Below are positions 36,410-48,926 of a DNA stretch of 64,000 nucleotides, piece after piece. Made by a program: the position numbers and the translations under genes. The notes under the pieces were generated by a model. That model was not told the DNA's origin and did no database searches. It saw nothing but the letters and a program-made list of their open reading frames with translations. The stretch is from Macrostomum lignano (taxonomy: Eukaryota): the NCBI GenBank assembly GCA_002269645.1, contig NIVC01000583.1, positions 310,001 through 374,000 on the forward strand, read 5' to 3'. Each line of letters begins with the position of its first letter. Position 1 is the first letter of the stretch.

Positions 36410-36890
36410 GCTAATAGCTAATTGTGCCTGTCTAATAGCTAGAATTAGGCTAAGTGTCTAATCGTGCCTGTCTAATAGCTAGAATTAGGCTAAGTGTCTA
36501 ATCGTGCCTGTCTAATAGCTAGAATTAGGCTAAGTGTCTAATCGTGCCTGTCTATTAACTAGAATTAGGCTAAGTAGCTAATTGTGCCTGTCTATTAACT
36601 AGAATTAGGCTAAGTAGCTAATTGTGCCTGTCTAATAGCTAGAATTAGGCTAAGTGTCTAATCGTGCCTGTCTAATAGCTAGAATTAGGCTAAGTGTCTA
36701 ATCGTGCCTGTCTAATAGCTAGAATTAGGCTAAGTGTCTAATCGTGCCTGTCTAATAGCTAGAATTAGGCTAAGTGTCTAATCGTGCCTGTCTATTAACT
36801 AGAATTAGGCTAAGTAGCTAATTGTGCCTGTCTAATAACTAGAATTAGGCTAAGTAGCTAATTGTGCCTGTCTAATATCTAGAATAAGAC
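36410..36890. repeat. 40-bp minisatellite, about 12 copies
   Basis: Unit TAATAGCTAGAATTAGGCTAAGTGTCTAATCGTGCCTGTC, with two variant types. Confidence 0.95.
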
Positions 36891-37304
36891 TAAGCTTTAT
36901 TATTAAAATATTTATATCATTTTAAGAAGCTAGTAAATAGTAACTAGTAATCGTGTCGCGCATCTAATGTCTTAAGTGCTCAAGAATTTGGGATTTTACA
37001 ATGCTAAAAACTGTAGGTTGCTACAAAGCGGGTCCAATGCGGGTTATGCATCATAAAACGGGCATCATCAAAGCTAGAAGGAAGCAAAGCAAAGCTGATT
37101 CTAACTATGCAAGCTATGCAAGCAAACGAAAAAAATATCCATAAATTAATAAACAGTAATGAGTTTAGCGGCTATAATTCTAACATTAATTCGTTATAGC
37201 TCTTAACTACGAGCGATAGATGCCATAACAACAAAGAAGCTGGTGGTAAAGAAGCTTAGGAAAATATTCATGATTCTAAATAGTTGAACCGACGTCAATA
37301 GAGC

Positions 37305-37685
37305 TCACCCGAGGTCACCCAAACTCAGTAGAGGCCGCCAAAGGTCATTGCAAGGTCACTCGAAGTCAGCACGTTAGGCCTTCCAAAGTCACCCAAGGTC
37401 ACCCGAGGTCACTAGAGGTCAGCCAAGGTCACCTGAGGTCACTAGAGGTCACCCAAGGTCAAACGAGGTCACTAGAAGTCACCCAAGGTCACCAATTGGG
37501 TCAACAGAGGTCACCCAAGCTCAACCGAGGTCAGTAGAGGTCACTCAAGGTGAGCCAAGCTCCACCCAGGTCAGTAGAGGTCGCCAAAGGTCACTGCAAG
37601 GTCAGTCGAAGGTCAGCACGTAAGGCCACCCAAAGTCACCCAAGGTCAACCGAGGTCACTAGAAGTCACCCAAGGTCACCAATTG
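37305..37685. repeat. 10-bp-period AGGTCANNNN array with an internal duplication
   Basis: AGGTCA recurs every 10 bp (for example 37396-37471), immediately 3' of the EF-hand gene. Confidence 0.85.
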
Positions 37686-37687
37686 GG

Positions 37688-38296
37688 TCAGCACAGGTCG
37701 CCAAACAGCCTGGAGTACGGCGAGCTCTCATCCTCGCTGATGTAGAAGTCGGCCAGGGCGCTCAAGAAGTCCTCCTTCGCCACGGCTCCATCGCGCTGCA
37801 TCAGCTCGAACATCTCGTCCCTGGCGCGGTCGCCGATGCCCCAGGCCTCGGTGAAGATCCGGTACTCCTCGCGCGAGATCCTCTCGTCGCCGTTGTGGTC
37901 CATCGCCTTGAACAGCTCCTGGCCGTAGCGGGTGACGTCATCGCGCAGCGGGCCGTTGACCATCCGGCACTTCTGCGCCACGTACTGGTCGGCGCTGATG
38001 CCGGAGCCGCCCTCCCTCGGCCTGTAGTAGTCATCCCAGATCCTCAGCATCACCGCCCTGACGTCCTCGGCGCGCTGGCCCGACAGGCCGCCCAGGCGGA
38101 CCATCTCGTCGCCGATGGCGCGGAAGTCGTCGCGGGTCAGCAGCCCGGAGCCGCTGCGGTTCATCCGGCGGAAACTCGTGCGCAGCTTCCGCTGCCAGAA
38201 GTCGCCGAAGCCGTTCGGCGGGTAGTCGGCGGGACGGCGCGGCTTTGGCTTCGTGGCATCCACGGCTGACGGGCTGGGGCTGATGGCGGAACTCAT
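37688..38296 (-). CDS. Sarcoplasmic calcium-binding protein / calexcitin-like EF-hand protein, 202 aa
   Basis: FWQRKLRTSFRRMNRSGSGLLTRDDF (EF1), DHNGDERISREE (canonical EF3) and C-terminal FYISEDESSPYSRLFGDL typical of the SCP/calexcitin family. Intronless CDS with strong GC3. Confidence 0.88.
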   Translation of the reverse strand: MSSAISPSPSAVDATKPKPRRPADYPPNGFGDFWQRKLRTSFRRMNRSGSGLLTRDDFRAIGDEMVRLGGLSGQRAEDVRAVMLRIWDDYYRPREGGSGISADQYVAQKCRMVNGPLRDDVTRYGQELFKAMDHNGDERISREEYRIFTEAWGIGDRARDEMFELMQRDGAVAKEDFLSALADFYISEDESSPYSRLFGDLC

Positions 38297-38302
38297 TGCT
38301 GC

Positions 38303-39355
38303 CTGCTGAGGGTCAGGGGAGAGTCACTGACTGCTGAGGGTCAGGAGAGAGAGTCACTGACTGCTGAGGGTCAGGGGAGAGAGTCACTGACTGCTGAGGG
38401 TCAGGGGAGAGAGTCACTGACTGCTGAGGGTAAGGGGAGAGAGTCACTGACTGCTGAGGAACAGGGGAGAGAGTCACTGACTGCTGAGGGTCAGGGGAGA
38501 GAGTCACTGACTGCTGAGAGTCAGGAGAGAGAGTCACTGACTGGTGAGGGTAAGGGGAGAGAGTCACTGACTGCTGAGGGTCAGGGGAGAGAGTCACTGA
38601 CTGCTGAGGGTCAGGGGAGAGAGTCACTGACTGCTGAAGGTCCAAGGGGGAGAGTCACTGACTGCTGAGGGTCAGGGGAGAAAGTCACTGACTGCTGAGG
38701 GTCAGGGGAGAGAGTCACTGACTGCTGAGGGTCAGGGGAGAGAGTCACTGACTGGTGAAGGTCAGGGGAGAGAGTCACTGACTGCTGAAGGTCCAAGGGG
38801 GAGAGTCACTGACTGCTGAGGGTCAGGGGAGAAAGTCACTGACTGCTGAGGGTCAGGGGAGAGAGTCACTGACTGCTGAGGGTCAGGGGAGAGAGTCACT
38901 GACTGCTGAGGGTCAGGGGAGAGAGTCACTGACTGGTGAAGGTCAGGGGAGAGAGTCACTGACTGCTGAAGGTCAGGGGAGAGAGTCACTGACTGCTGAG
39001 GGTCAGGAGAGAGAGTCACTGACTGGTGAAGGTCAGGGGAGAGAGTCACTGACTGCTGAGGGACAGGGGAGAGAGTCACTGACTGCTGAGGGTCAGGGGA
39101 GAGAGTGACTGACTGCTGAGGGTCAGGAGAGAGAGTCACTGACTGCTGAGGGTCAGGAGAGAGAGTCACTGACTGGTGAAGGTCAGGGGAGACAGTCACT
39201 GACTGCTGAGGGTCAGGGAAGAGAGTCACTGACTGCTGAGGGTCAGGGGAGAGAGTCACTGACTGCTGAGGGTCAGGGGAGAGAGTCACTGACTGCTGAG
39301 GGTCAGGGGAGAGAGTCACTGACTGCTGAGGGTCAGGGGGAGAATCACTGACTCT
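38303..39355. repeat. 30-bp minisatellite, about 35 copies, probably a 5' UTR intron of the EF-hand gene
   Basis: Unit CTGACTGCTGAGGGTCAGGGGAGAGAGTCA. The last unit supplies a CAG acceptor just before the ATG. Confidence 0.95.
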
Positions 39356-39944
39356 GCTGACTGCTGTGCTCAAGCCTTAAGGGATCAAACTGTAAGGGAT
39401 AAAGTTATCAATGCCAGAAGATCAAGAGTTCTCAGAAAGGTCCAGCAGCCGCAGTTCGAACCCTCCTGAACCCGCCAGTCACGATGGCCTCAAAGAAGTC
39501 TAGCGGGCAGACCGGCAGCCAATGTTTGACTGGCTGCAGGTGTTCGGCTAATCGTATGGCAAAAAATTAAATAAAAAATCCGCTTCCAGGGCGGCGGGCC
39601 AAGTGCTGCTCACTCTGCCATTCAACTCAACCGAAGAAACAAGATTTTCCGTGGCCAAAAAAGGCAACTCTGGTGTCTGAGAGAGCTGACAGATTTTTTT
39701 GCTAAACCTCTTGTAGTGGGCAGAAGAAGCAGTGCGGTTCTCAAGGCTCAAGGTCTGCGGTTCTGCGGATAAGTTGGGAATGGAATTTCAACTCGCACTG
39801 CCCGCACTTTGCTGTGCTGTGCGAGACTGGTGGGAGGAAATGCAGAACTGGAGTGCCGATGAAGGGCAAGGTGGAGAGATGGGACCGGAGATGATGGGAA
39901 AAATGTGAGAGGATCGACATGAAGCCGTGTGAGAGGGAGGGAGA

Positions 39945-40345
39945 GAGTGAGAGGCTGGATGGAGAGTGAGAGGCTGGATGGAGAGTGAGAGACTGGATGG
40001 AGAGTGAGAGGCTGGATGGAGAGTGAGAGGCTGGATGGAGAGTGAGAGGCTGGATGGAGAGTGAGAGGCTGGATGGAGAGTGAGAGGCTGGATGGAGAGT
40101 GAGAGACTGGATGGAGAGTGAGAGGCTGGATGGAGAGTGAGAGGCTGGATGGAGAGTGAGAGGCTGGATGGAGAGTGAGAGGCTGGATGGAGAGTGAGAG
40201 GCTGGATGGAGAGTGAGAGGCTGGATGGAGAGTGAGAGGCTGGATGGAGAGTGAGAGACTGGATGGAGAGTGAGAGATTGGATGGAGAGTGAGAGGCTGG
40301 ATTGAGAGTGAGAGATTGGATGGAGAGTGAGAGACTGGATGGAGA
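39945..40345. repeat. 19-bp minisatellite, about 20 copies
   Basis: Unit CTGGATGGAGAGTGAGAGG. Confidence 0.95.
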
Positions 40346-41228
40346 GCTTCCACAAGCAGCAGAGTCGACAGTCTGCCGGACCTTCAAAGTCCCGCCAGCG
40401 GCCGCTGCAGCCGAGACTCACCGCTGCTCAAGTCGGGTGTCCGGTCGGTCCTGTCGCGGATTGAAAAGTCGGCGGCTGTCGCGGCTTTGAGTTGGGAAAT
40501 TTATCCTCTCAGAATTTAAAGTGGGACAAAATCCCCTAGCCAGAGATTGATTGTGGGAATTGCGGCGGCTGCTCGCTTGCAGAGGATTTTTGGGGAAAAC
40601 TGAACGGGATTGGGGAAATTCGCTGGGGGGAGGCCTGAGCCAATGGGATCTCACACGGCTTTGAGGAGTGCGCAGACAAACAAAAGCAGCTGTGGAGCAA
40701 AGGCGACGCCACGGAATTGGGGATAAATTTCCTCTTCTATGAGACAAGAACTGGAGACGGCACTGAGGGCTTGGCAGGCCACCAGCCGGACTCAGTCAGC
40801 TCAGGTCGGCAAACACTTCGCGTGCCGGAAACTGAGCCCCCATAACTGCATTTAAAGAAACTGTCATGAGTTGCAAAACAGAGCCTGAGAGATGGAGCGG
40901 CCTCATCAGGGGAGGGCAGCGCATTACGGATGCACTGAGCAAATCCAGCGGCCTCCACAGTGCCGCCAGCCCCGCCCTCTGCCAAGACTTCTTCTAGGAG
41001 AGCATTTCCCGGGCAAATACTTCAGTCTGAGGCCTGGAGACTTAAAATCAACACAGCTACAGTTTCTTTCAGCAGATCTGCTGCTCAATCACTGAGGACT
41101 GTTTGCTTTTGCAGTGGAGATTTCTGGCTGCGGCTCACTGCTGCTTTTAGAGGCAAATTGTGGAGCACTGGGCGACATTGATTGATGAGAGCGGCGCGGA
41201 ATGAGCTGGAAGGTAAGAAGGGTTATGG

Positions 41229-42010
41229 CCGGTTCTCCAGGTGGGCGATTCTCCAGGTGGCCGGTTCTCCAGGTGGGCGGTTCTCCAGGTGGGCGATTCT
41301 CCAGGTGGCCGGTTCTCCAGGTGGGCGATTCTCCAGGTGGGCGATTCTCCAGGTGGGCGATTCTCCAGGTGGCCGGTTCTCCAGGTGGGCGATTCTCCAG
41401 GTGGGCGATTCTTCAGGTGGGCGATTCTCCAGGTGGCCGGTTCTCCAGGTGGGCGATTCTCCAGGTGGCCGGTTCTCCAGGTGGACGATTCTCCAGATGG
41501 GCGATTCTCCAGGTGGGCGATTCTCCAGCTGGCTGGTTCTCCAGGTGGGCGATTCTCCAGGTGGCCGGTTCTCCAGGTAGCCGGTTCTCCAGGTGGGCGA
41601 TTCTCCAGGTGGCCGGTTCTCCAGGTGGACGATTCTCCAGGTGGCCGGTTCTCCAGGTGGGCGATTCTCCAGGTGGCCGGTTCTCCAGGTGGGCGATTCT
41701 CCAGGTGGGCGATTCTTCAGGTGGGCGATTCTCCAGGTGGCCGGTTCTCCAGGTGGGCGATTCTCCAGGTGGCCGGTTCTCCAGGTGGACGATTCTCCAG
41801 ATGGGCGATTCTCCAGGTGGGCGATTCTCCAGCTGGCTGGTTCTCCAGGTGGGCGATTCTCCAGGTGGCCGGTTCTCCAGGTAGCCGGTTCTCCAGGTGG
41901 GCGATTCTCCAGGTGGCCGGTTCTCCAGGTGGACGATTCTCCAGGTGGGCGATTCTCCAGATGGGCGATTCTCCAGGTTGGCGATTCACCAAGCGGGCGA
42001 TTCTCCAGTT
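41229..42010. repeat. 16-bp minisatellite, about 48 copies
   Basis: Alternating GCGATTCTCCAGGTGG and CCGGTTCTCCAGGTGG, with higher-order duplication. Confidence 0.95.
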
Positions 42011-42272
42011 GGAGCAATCACAGGGGAACTTTACATGTAGAAGAAAATTCCCTAACAATTTACAGATCTATAGACAAGATTGTGAAAAACTCTAAAAAGA
42101 ACAAAACACAAAACGATTAATCAAGCAATTAGTCATTAGCAACAGACAACAAAAAGTCGCCAACAGTAACTGAAAATGCATAATAGAGTATATTTCATTT
42201 CTTAGAAATTTACAATGCACAAATTACAAACATGAGACGGAGATGTCGAACGTACATATAAAAGTATGTATG

Positions 42273-45200
42273 TCACTCGTCGGCACTGAAGTAGCCGGCA
42301 GCTAAAAGTACATTAGTCCTATTAAAGTGCAAAGCCAGCAGCGGAGTGCGCTTAGTGTACAGCGCTTTGACAAAAATGGACGCCGCGTCAAATTGACAAG
42401 TCGGTGGAGTTGGCGGCGGCGGCGGCGCGTTTTGCTGCTGCTGACTGCCCGTTGACGAGCTGGAAGTCGTGGCGGCGGCCGGAGCTGCCGCGGCGGTCAA
42501 TTTGGCGAGGTCCCACAGTCGGACGGCAGAGTCCAAGCCGCCGGTGGCAAGCAGTTGAGAGTCGCGACAGACGGCTAAGCAGGTGACACCGCCGCCAGCG
42601 CAGGCGTCGTGGGCTCGAGTGAAATGCGCCACCTGAGGCGGTGTGGGGTGGGTGTAGCAGAGTGGGGTGGGTGTAGCGATGTGGGGTGGTATAGCGGTGT
42701 GGGGTGGGTGTAGCGATGTGGGGTGGTATAGCGGAGTGGGGTGGGTGTCGCGGAGTGGGGTGGGTGTAGCGATGTGGGGTGGTATAGCGGAGTGGGGTGG
42801 GTGTCGCGGAGTGGGGTGGGTGTAGCGGTGTGGGGTGGGTGTAGCGATGTGGGGTGGGTGTAGCGATGTGGGGTGGGTGTAGCGGTGTGGGGTGGGTTTA
42901 GCGATGTGGGGTGGGTGTAGCGGTGTGGGGTGGTGTAGCGATGTGGGGTGGGTGTAGCGGTGTGAGGTGGGTGTAGCAGTGTGGGGTGGGTGTAGCAGTG
43001 TGGGGTGGGTGTAAAAAGAATGCAAAAAGAAGGTAGAAACCCGGGTTTAACCCACCTGCACCTGTCCACCAGTGACGGCCAAGTCCCACACAATGAGGCC
43101 GCCCCTGGTGCAGCCGGTGATTAAGAATCGGCCGCAGCCGCTGAAATCCAAGCAGGCCGGAGCGCCTTTGTGGCCGGATATGGCGCGAACGCAGCGGCCG
43201 TTGAGGACGTCGAAAAGTCGGACCATGCCGTCGGAGCTGCCTGTGGCCACGTAGTTGCCATTCGGGTGGAAGCGCACGCAGTCAACATCGCCGAGATGGC
43301 CGCAGAACAGCCGCAGCGGGCTGCAGTGGTCGGTGGCCCACAGACGGGCTACCCAGTCTGCGCCGCCCGAAGCAAAGTAATGCCCCAGCGGGGAGAAGCG
43401 GACGGACCAAACCGGCTCGTGATGGCCGCGCAGCACCACCAGGCAGGACCAGAGTTGCAACGACCACAGCCGGACTGTGGTATCCGAGCTGCCGGACACC
43501 TGCGGACAAGAGGGAGAGGCCATTTTTTGACTCACTAAACTGTCTGAGAATGTACATATACAGTCATCATGGTTTCTGAACTGTTTCGATGGCTGGGGAT
43601 CTGAGGATCCGGTGGCTGGGGGATCTGAGGATCCGGTGGCTGGAGATCTGAGAGTCCGGTGGTTGGGGGATCTGAGGGTCCGATGGTTGGGGATCTGAGG
43701 GTCCGATGGTTGGGGATCTGAGGGTCCGATGGTTGGGGATCTGAGGGTCCGATAGTTGGGGGATCTGAGGGTTCGGTGGTTGGGGATCTGAGGGTTCGGT
43801 GGTTGGGGATCTGAGGGTCCGATAGTTGGGGATCTGAGGGTCCGATAGTTATGGGATCTGAGGGTCCGGTGGTTGGGTATCTGAGGGTCCGATGGTTGGG
43901 GATCTGAGGGTCCGATGGTTGGGGATCTGAGAGTCCGATGGTTGGGGCTGGGGATCTGAGGTTGGGGATCTGAGGGTCATATGGTTGGGGGATCTGAGGG
44001 TCCGGTCATTGGGGATCTGAGGCTCCGGTGGCTGGGGGATCTGAGTGCCTGGTGGTTGGGGATCTGAGGGTCCGGTGGTTGGGGATTTAAGGCTGGGGAT
44101 CTGAGGGTCTGATGGTTGGGGAGCTGAGGGTCCGGTGGTTGGGGGATCTGAGTCCCTGGTGGTTGGGGGATCTGAGTCCCTGGTGGTTGGGGGATCTGAG
44201 TCCCTGGTGGTTGGGGGATCTGAGTCCCTGGTGGTTGGGGATCTGAGTCCCTGGTGGTTGGGGGATCTGAGTCCCTGGTGGTTGGGGGATCTGAGGGTCC
44301 GGTGGTTGGGGCTGGGGATCTGAGGGTCATATGGTTGGGGCTGGGGATCTGAGGGTCATATGGTTGGGGCTGGGGATCTAAGGTTGGGGATCTGATATCC
44401 AAATACAGCGGTGCTCATAAAGCAACTCACAAGCAGCTGCTTATTAGGCGCAATAGACACAGAGTAGACTGAGCCGGAGTGGCCCAGCAGCTGGCGGCAC
44501 ATGCTGTGCTTATCGGCCAGCATTCGCAGGTGCACGCCATCGTCAGAGGTGTCCAGTTTGTCCAGCTCCTCGGCCGAGAGCAACTCCTCGAGGCCGTCCC
44601 GGGAGGATAGGGCCCAGGCCTGGCCAGTAAAAATAGACATCGAATAAAAATAATCACGCGTTTGCTAATTGAAGTACTGACAGTAGAGTAGCATGAAAAA
44701 ATACGACTGTATTTAATAGGACAAGGATTAGGCACCTTAATAGCAGAGTGCTCGGTGCCGCAGCAGAGCAGCAGGCCGTCCTCGCTGATGTCGCAGGCCG
44801 TCACCCGCTCGTCGGAGCTGTTGTGCGCGGTGTACAGACAGCATGACGGCAAACTCTGCGGCCCGAGGCGTTGGCGCTTTTGCAAGTCTCTGGCCCGCTG
44901 CCGGCGCTCGACTCGGTCGCGGTCGCGCAGCTCGGGCAGCGGAATTCGATCTGGGGCTGGGGCGTTCGGGTCCGGCTTGGCATTCTTGCCGGCGGCCTGC
45001 GGACCGGCGCGGGTTGAGCGGAGGGACAGGAAAGGTCAGACAGGATCCGGGGCACAGACAAACAATAGACCGGACAGAACAGAGGAATGGCAGACATAGC
45101 AGACAAAATAGAAGGACAGGCACCAATACACAGGTAAAACAGAGAAATGACAGGCACACAAGACACAGGTAAAACAGAGGAATGACAGGCACACAAGACA

Positions 45201-46880
45201 CAGGTAAAACAGAGGAATGACAGGCACACAAGACACAGGTAAAACAGAGGAATGACAGGCACACAAGACACAGGTAAAACAGAGGAATGACAGGCACACA
45301 AGACACAGGTAAAACAGAGGAATGACAGGCACACAAGACACAGGTAAAACAGAGGAATGACAGGCACACAAGACACAGGTAAAACAGAGGAATGACAGGC
45401 ACACAAGACACAGGTAAAACAGAGGAATGACAGGCACACAAGACACAGGTAAAACAGAGGAATGACAGGCACACAAGACACAGGTAAAACAGAGGAATGA
45501 CAGGCACACAAGACACAGGCAAAGCGAAGGTCAGAGAATCGCAAAAACGCATAATTAAGAACAAACAAAACAGAAAATAATACAAACAATACAAGACGCG
45601 TGCTGAAAGCACAGCGGACAGGCAAAGACAAACAATCAGCACAGAAAAGATATAAACAACAATAAAAGCAGAATCAAAAGCTGACAAAAGCTTTTAGAGA
45701 CAGCAAATACTTAGAGTTTAATCATAAATAGATCGCAATTTTGCTAAGCGATCAAACCATTTATTGGCCAACAGGGCGTCGCCCTCACCTGATCTTTCTT
45801 TCCCTTCTTTTTTTTCGGCCCGTCATCGTCTCCGTCGCCTCCACCGCCAGCGCTGCCGCCGCCACCACCGCCTCCAGCCGTGGAATCGTCCAGGCCATTG
45901 TTGGCACCGCCGCCGCTGCCGCCTCCACCTGCGGTGCCGCCCTGTTGGCCGGGCCCAGCGTCCGAAGTGTCCCTAGCAACAGCGTACAGAATTCGAGCCC
46001 GGTTAGCTTCCCGACCAGCCTCTCCAAGTAGGGCGCCTCGCCGACTTTCAACAGCTTGACGCGATCTGGGCGGACCGTCGACCTCTTCTACAGTCACGTG
46101 ATCCATGGCCGAGTCCGCGGGCTGGCCGGGCCGCTCAGCTAGGAACTGCTTGAGCAGTCGGTGACTGTCTTTGCACAGAATCACCGTGTACTGACCGGAG
46201 CGGAATCCTTCCAGCACGGGGCTGGTTGCCACCTGGCCGGAGCGGGTCACCGCCCGCAGCTGCTGCAGGTGGCCGCAGCCAGCCGGGTCGCCATCGCTGC
46301 CCTCCTCTCCGCGATGATAGGCGGGCAAAGCGGGGCCAAATCGATTGTAAAAAGCCACTGCGTCCGCTGATTTATCAGCCGACACGAGGCGTAAGTAGAG
46401 GTGAACAAAGACGGGGTAGAGCACGCCCGACAGTTCTGGCTGAGTTTTGGGTGTGCGAAACAGAACTTGATTTGTACTTTATTTTAAACTATCACAAATT
46501 TGTGATGCTGCAAGTAACTTTCGCTATTTAAGGTGCAACACTATGATTGAGCAGATGACCTATTGCAAGGTGCACAAAACACTTGCTTACTAAAAGTCCT
46601 ACTGACTTCAATACAGGAAACAGCTGAGCTTTAGAAAATATCCCGAATATAAAAATAAGGTAGTATGGCACAAATGGACTAATCCGAAATTTAATGTCAT
46701 TTATGCCTTCTATAAATGTTTCATTTTTGTTTAATTAACCTCCTTACAAAAGCCAAATAAGACACTTACCTTATGAACATCCAGAGCCATTTCTATGAAG
46801 TGAATTAACTCATTAAAACTATCACTGAATTGGGTGGCATCGTCATCTGACTTGCCAATAAATTCTGAAGGGATGGCTTC
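42273..46880 (-). CDS. TAF5: TFIID subunit 5 (NTD2 + WD40 repeats); 5'-most exon(s) not located
   Basis: Exons 46880-46770, 46439-45789, 44996-44736, 44619-44431, 43499-43062 (or 43056) and 42632-42273, all phase 0 GT-AG. FIEMALDVHKPELSGVLYPVFVHLYL, DPNAPAPDRIPLPEL, RLWATDHCSPLRLFCGHLGDVDCVRFHPNGNYVATGS and YTKRTPLLALHFNRTNVLLAAG match TAF5. Confidence 0.95.
42640..43012. repeat. About 19-bp G-rich minisatellite filling the last TAF5 intron
   Basis: Variants of GTGGGGTGGGTGTAGCGAT. Confidence 0.92.
43590..44398. repeat. About 23-bp minisatellite in a TAF5 intron
   Basis: Variants of GGTTGGGGATCTGAGGGTCCGAT. Confidence 0.92.
45105..45518. repeat. 35-bp minisatellite in a TAF5 intron, about 11-12 near-identical copies
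   Basis: Unit ACAGGTAAAACAGAGGAATGACAGGCACACAAGAC. Confidence 0.95.
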
Positions 46881-48151
46881 CTGCAAAAATGTTTTATATA
46901 TAATATACATTGGCAACTATTCACTAAAAAAGTTATAACAAACAAACTATCTTCTGCCATCTAATTTTATCAATTTTGTTATTATCAAACTCATTTATGA
47001 AGCATATAATACATTTACATTTGAGGCCCTAGCTATGTATAAATTCATACATCTAAAAAGTTTATATGCCAAGCAAATATCAACTACTTATATTTCCATA
47101 GTCTATACATTGCACATGATAAAAATAACAGGGACTATTTCATCTTACTTCAGAAAAAATTCTTTTAGCTAGAGTCTTGTGCCATCATATAAATTTTCTA
47201 TAAATGCCAAATGGAATACAATAGCTTGGTGCAGGGAAGCAACATTTGAAATTGGTCTTTAATTACTTAATTGAAATTGATCATTTAGGTAAATACTTGT
47301 AATTAATTTAATTTTGTTATACTGGCACAAATCATAGTAACACTGCCAGAACTCTAGACTCTCTCTATTCAAAATGCAAATGTTAGTCTCACTCTGCTTT
47401 TTGGTCTCTTTAGTCTTTTCTTATCTCTACTTTTGCTTTGAGATATATATTTTATATGCTAGAATAAAATTGACTTCTAGAAAATAATTCAAGGTTAGTA
47501 TAAAAAGAAAGATTAGTTCTAGTCTAACTAATTTGCTTGTGCCTGTCTGCTTATATTATTATACTAAATAAGCATAAGTGCACTTTGTTATTGTGACTTA
47601 TATCTCTATGTCTTTTTATTATATTTTTCTTTTTTTCCATAAGTCTAAAATTCTATCTATAAAATATATCTATATATCTATATCTATATATCTAATATAG
47701 TAAATAATCTATATATCTATATATCTATCTATATCTATAAAATAAGTCTATAAAAAATAAAATTTTAATATTGACAATGAAATATTTGAACAACCTAATC
47801 CTTGTTCCTAATCCTAGTTAAAGCATTAACATGTATAATTATATTATATCCAAAAGTAGACTAATATAATATTTGAGAATATAACAATAATATCTTTATT
47901 CTACTAAGTCCTAATGTCTATATTTTGGCATTGCAACTTATCAGTTATACAATTCATTCAATGTAGGATTTTGAACATTAAACTAAACTTGAACTCTTTT
48001 AGCTAATTAAATGTGAAACTCAATGCAGGATTTAATATAGGATTTTTTTGCATTAAACTTAAGCTCTTAGACTTAAGCCAATTCAATATGGAATCCAACA
48101 TGGGATTCAATATGGGATTCAATGTGCGATTTCCTATAGCTATACTATACT

Positions 48152-48926
48152 CAGTGGCAGATCTAAGAAGGGGGGAGGGGCAGGTACTACCCTACTAATC
48201 CTTTGTCTGCTAATAGTTTGTCTGCTAAATAGACAAAAAGTTTTCTTTTTCTAAATCTGTTTGTCTACTAGGAAATGAGAGTGAGAATATGGAATGAGAT
48301 GAGAGCTACCTAACAATATTTTTCTTGATATTGTTAAAATGCTGCAAGGGTTAGTCTTTTTGAATATAACAATTTATATTAGCTTATAGGCATTAACAAG
48401 AAAGGTTTAGAGAAGGGAGCATAGTGTATAGCAAAACTAGATTTGAAATGACATAGATGTCTTGCATCCAAGAATTGTTGAAAAATAATTGAAAAACAGT
48501 CAAAAAGTCAAAAAACAATTGTTGATATTTTTATTTTTAGAACATTTTTAACAATTTTGGTTCCAGTTTTGCCTTTGGTTTTTATAGATATTACATGTAT
48601 ATTGTGAAACAGTTAAATAATGGAACCCACAGTATTTTAACAATATTAACATAAGACATTGTTAAGTGGCTCCCTACCTTACTTCCTGTCCTATCTCTAT
48701 TTCCTAGCAAATGAATAGTTTTGGAAGAAAAAGACAAATTCTTCTGACAAATTCAGACAAATAAACTAGGAACTAGAAAAGGAGGGCTTTCCCTTTTTTG
48801 CTATGGCTAGATTCGGATATATAAAGGGATGTTACATTTGTAATTTTGGGCTTATTTAAGGCCAACCTAAAAATTTGGGCCGACCCACCCCTTAGGCCTT
48901 TGTTAAAAATCCTTGATCTGCCATTG
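48152..48926. mobile_element. Non-autonomous hAT element related to the 9986-13795 transposon
   Basis: Ends CAGTGGCAGATCTAAG / TTAAAAATCCTTGATCTGCCATTG (compare TTAAGAAATCCTGGATCCGCCACTG). Perfect TSD ACTATACT (48144-48151, 48927-48934). Confidence 0.85.

Noticed and set aside
38313-45687. Long repetitive ORFs (SVTLSPDPQQ, GGRFSRW, CVPVIPLFYL and similar)
   Set aside because: They arise from stop-free minisatellite units in introns or intergenic DNA. Several frames and both strands are open, with no independent coding signal.
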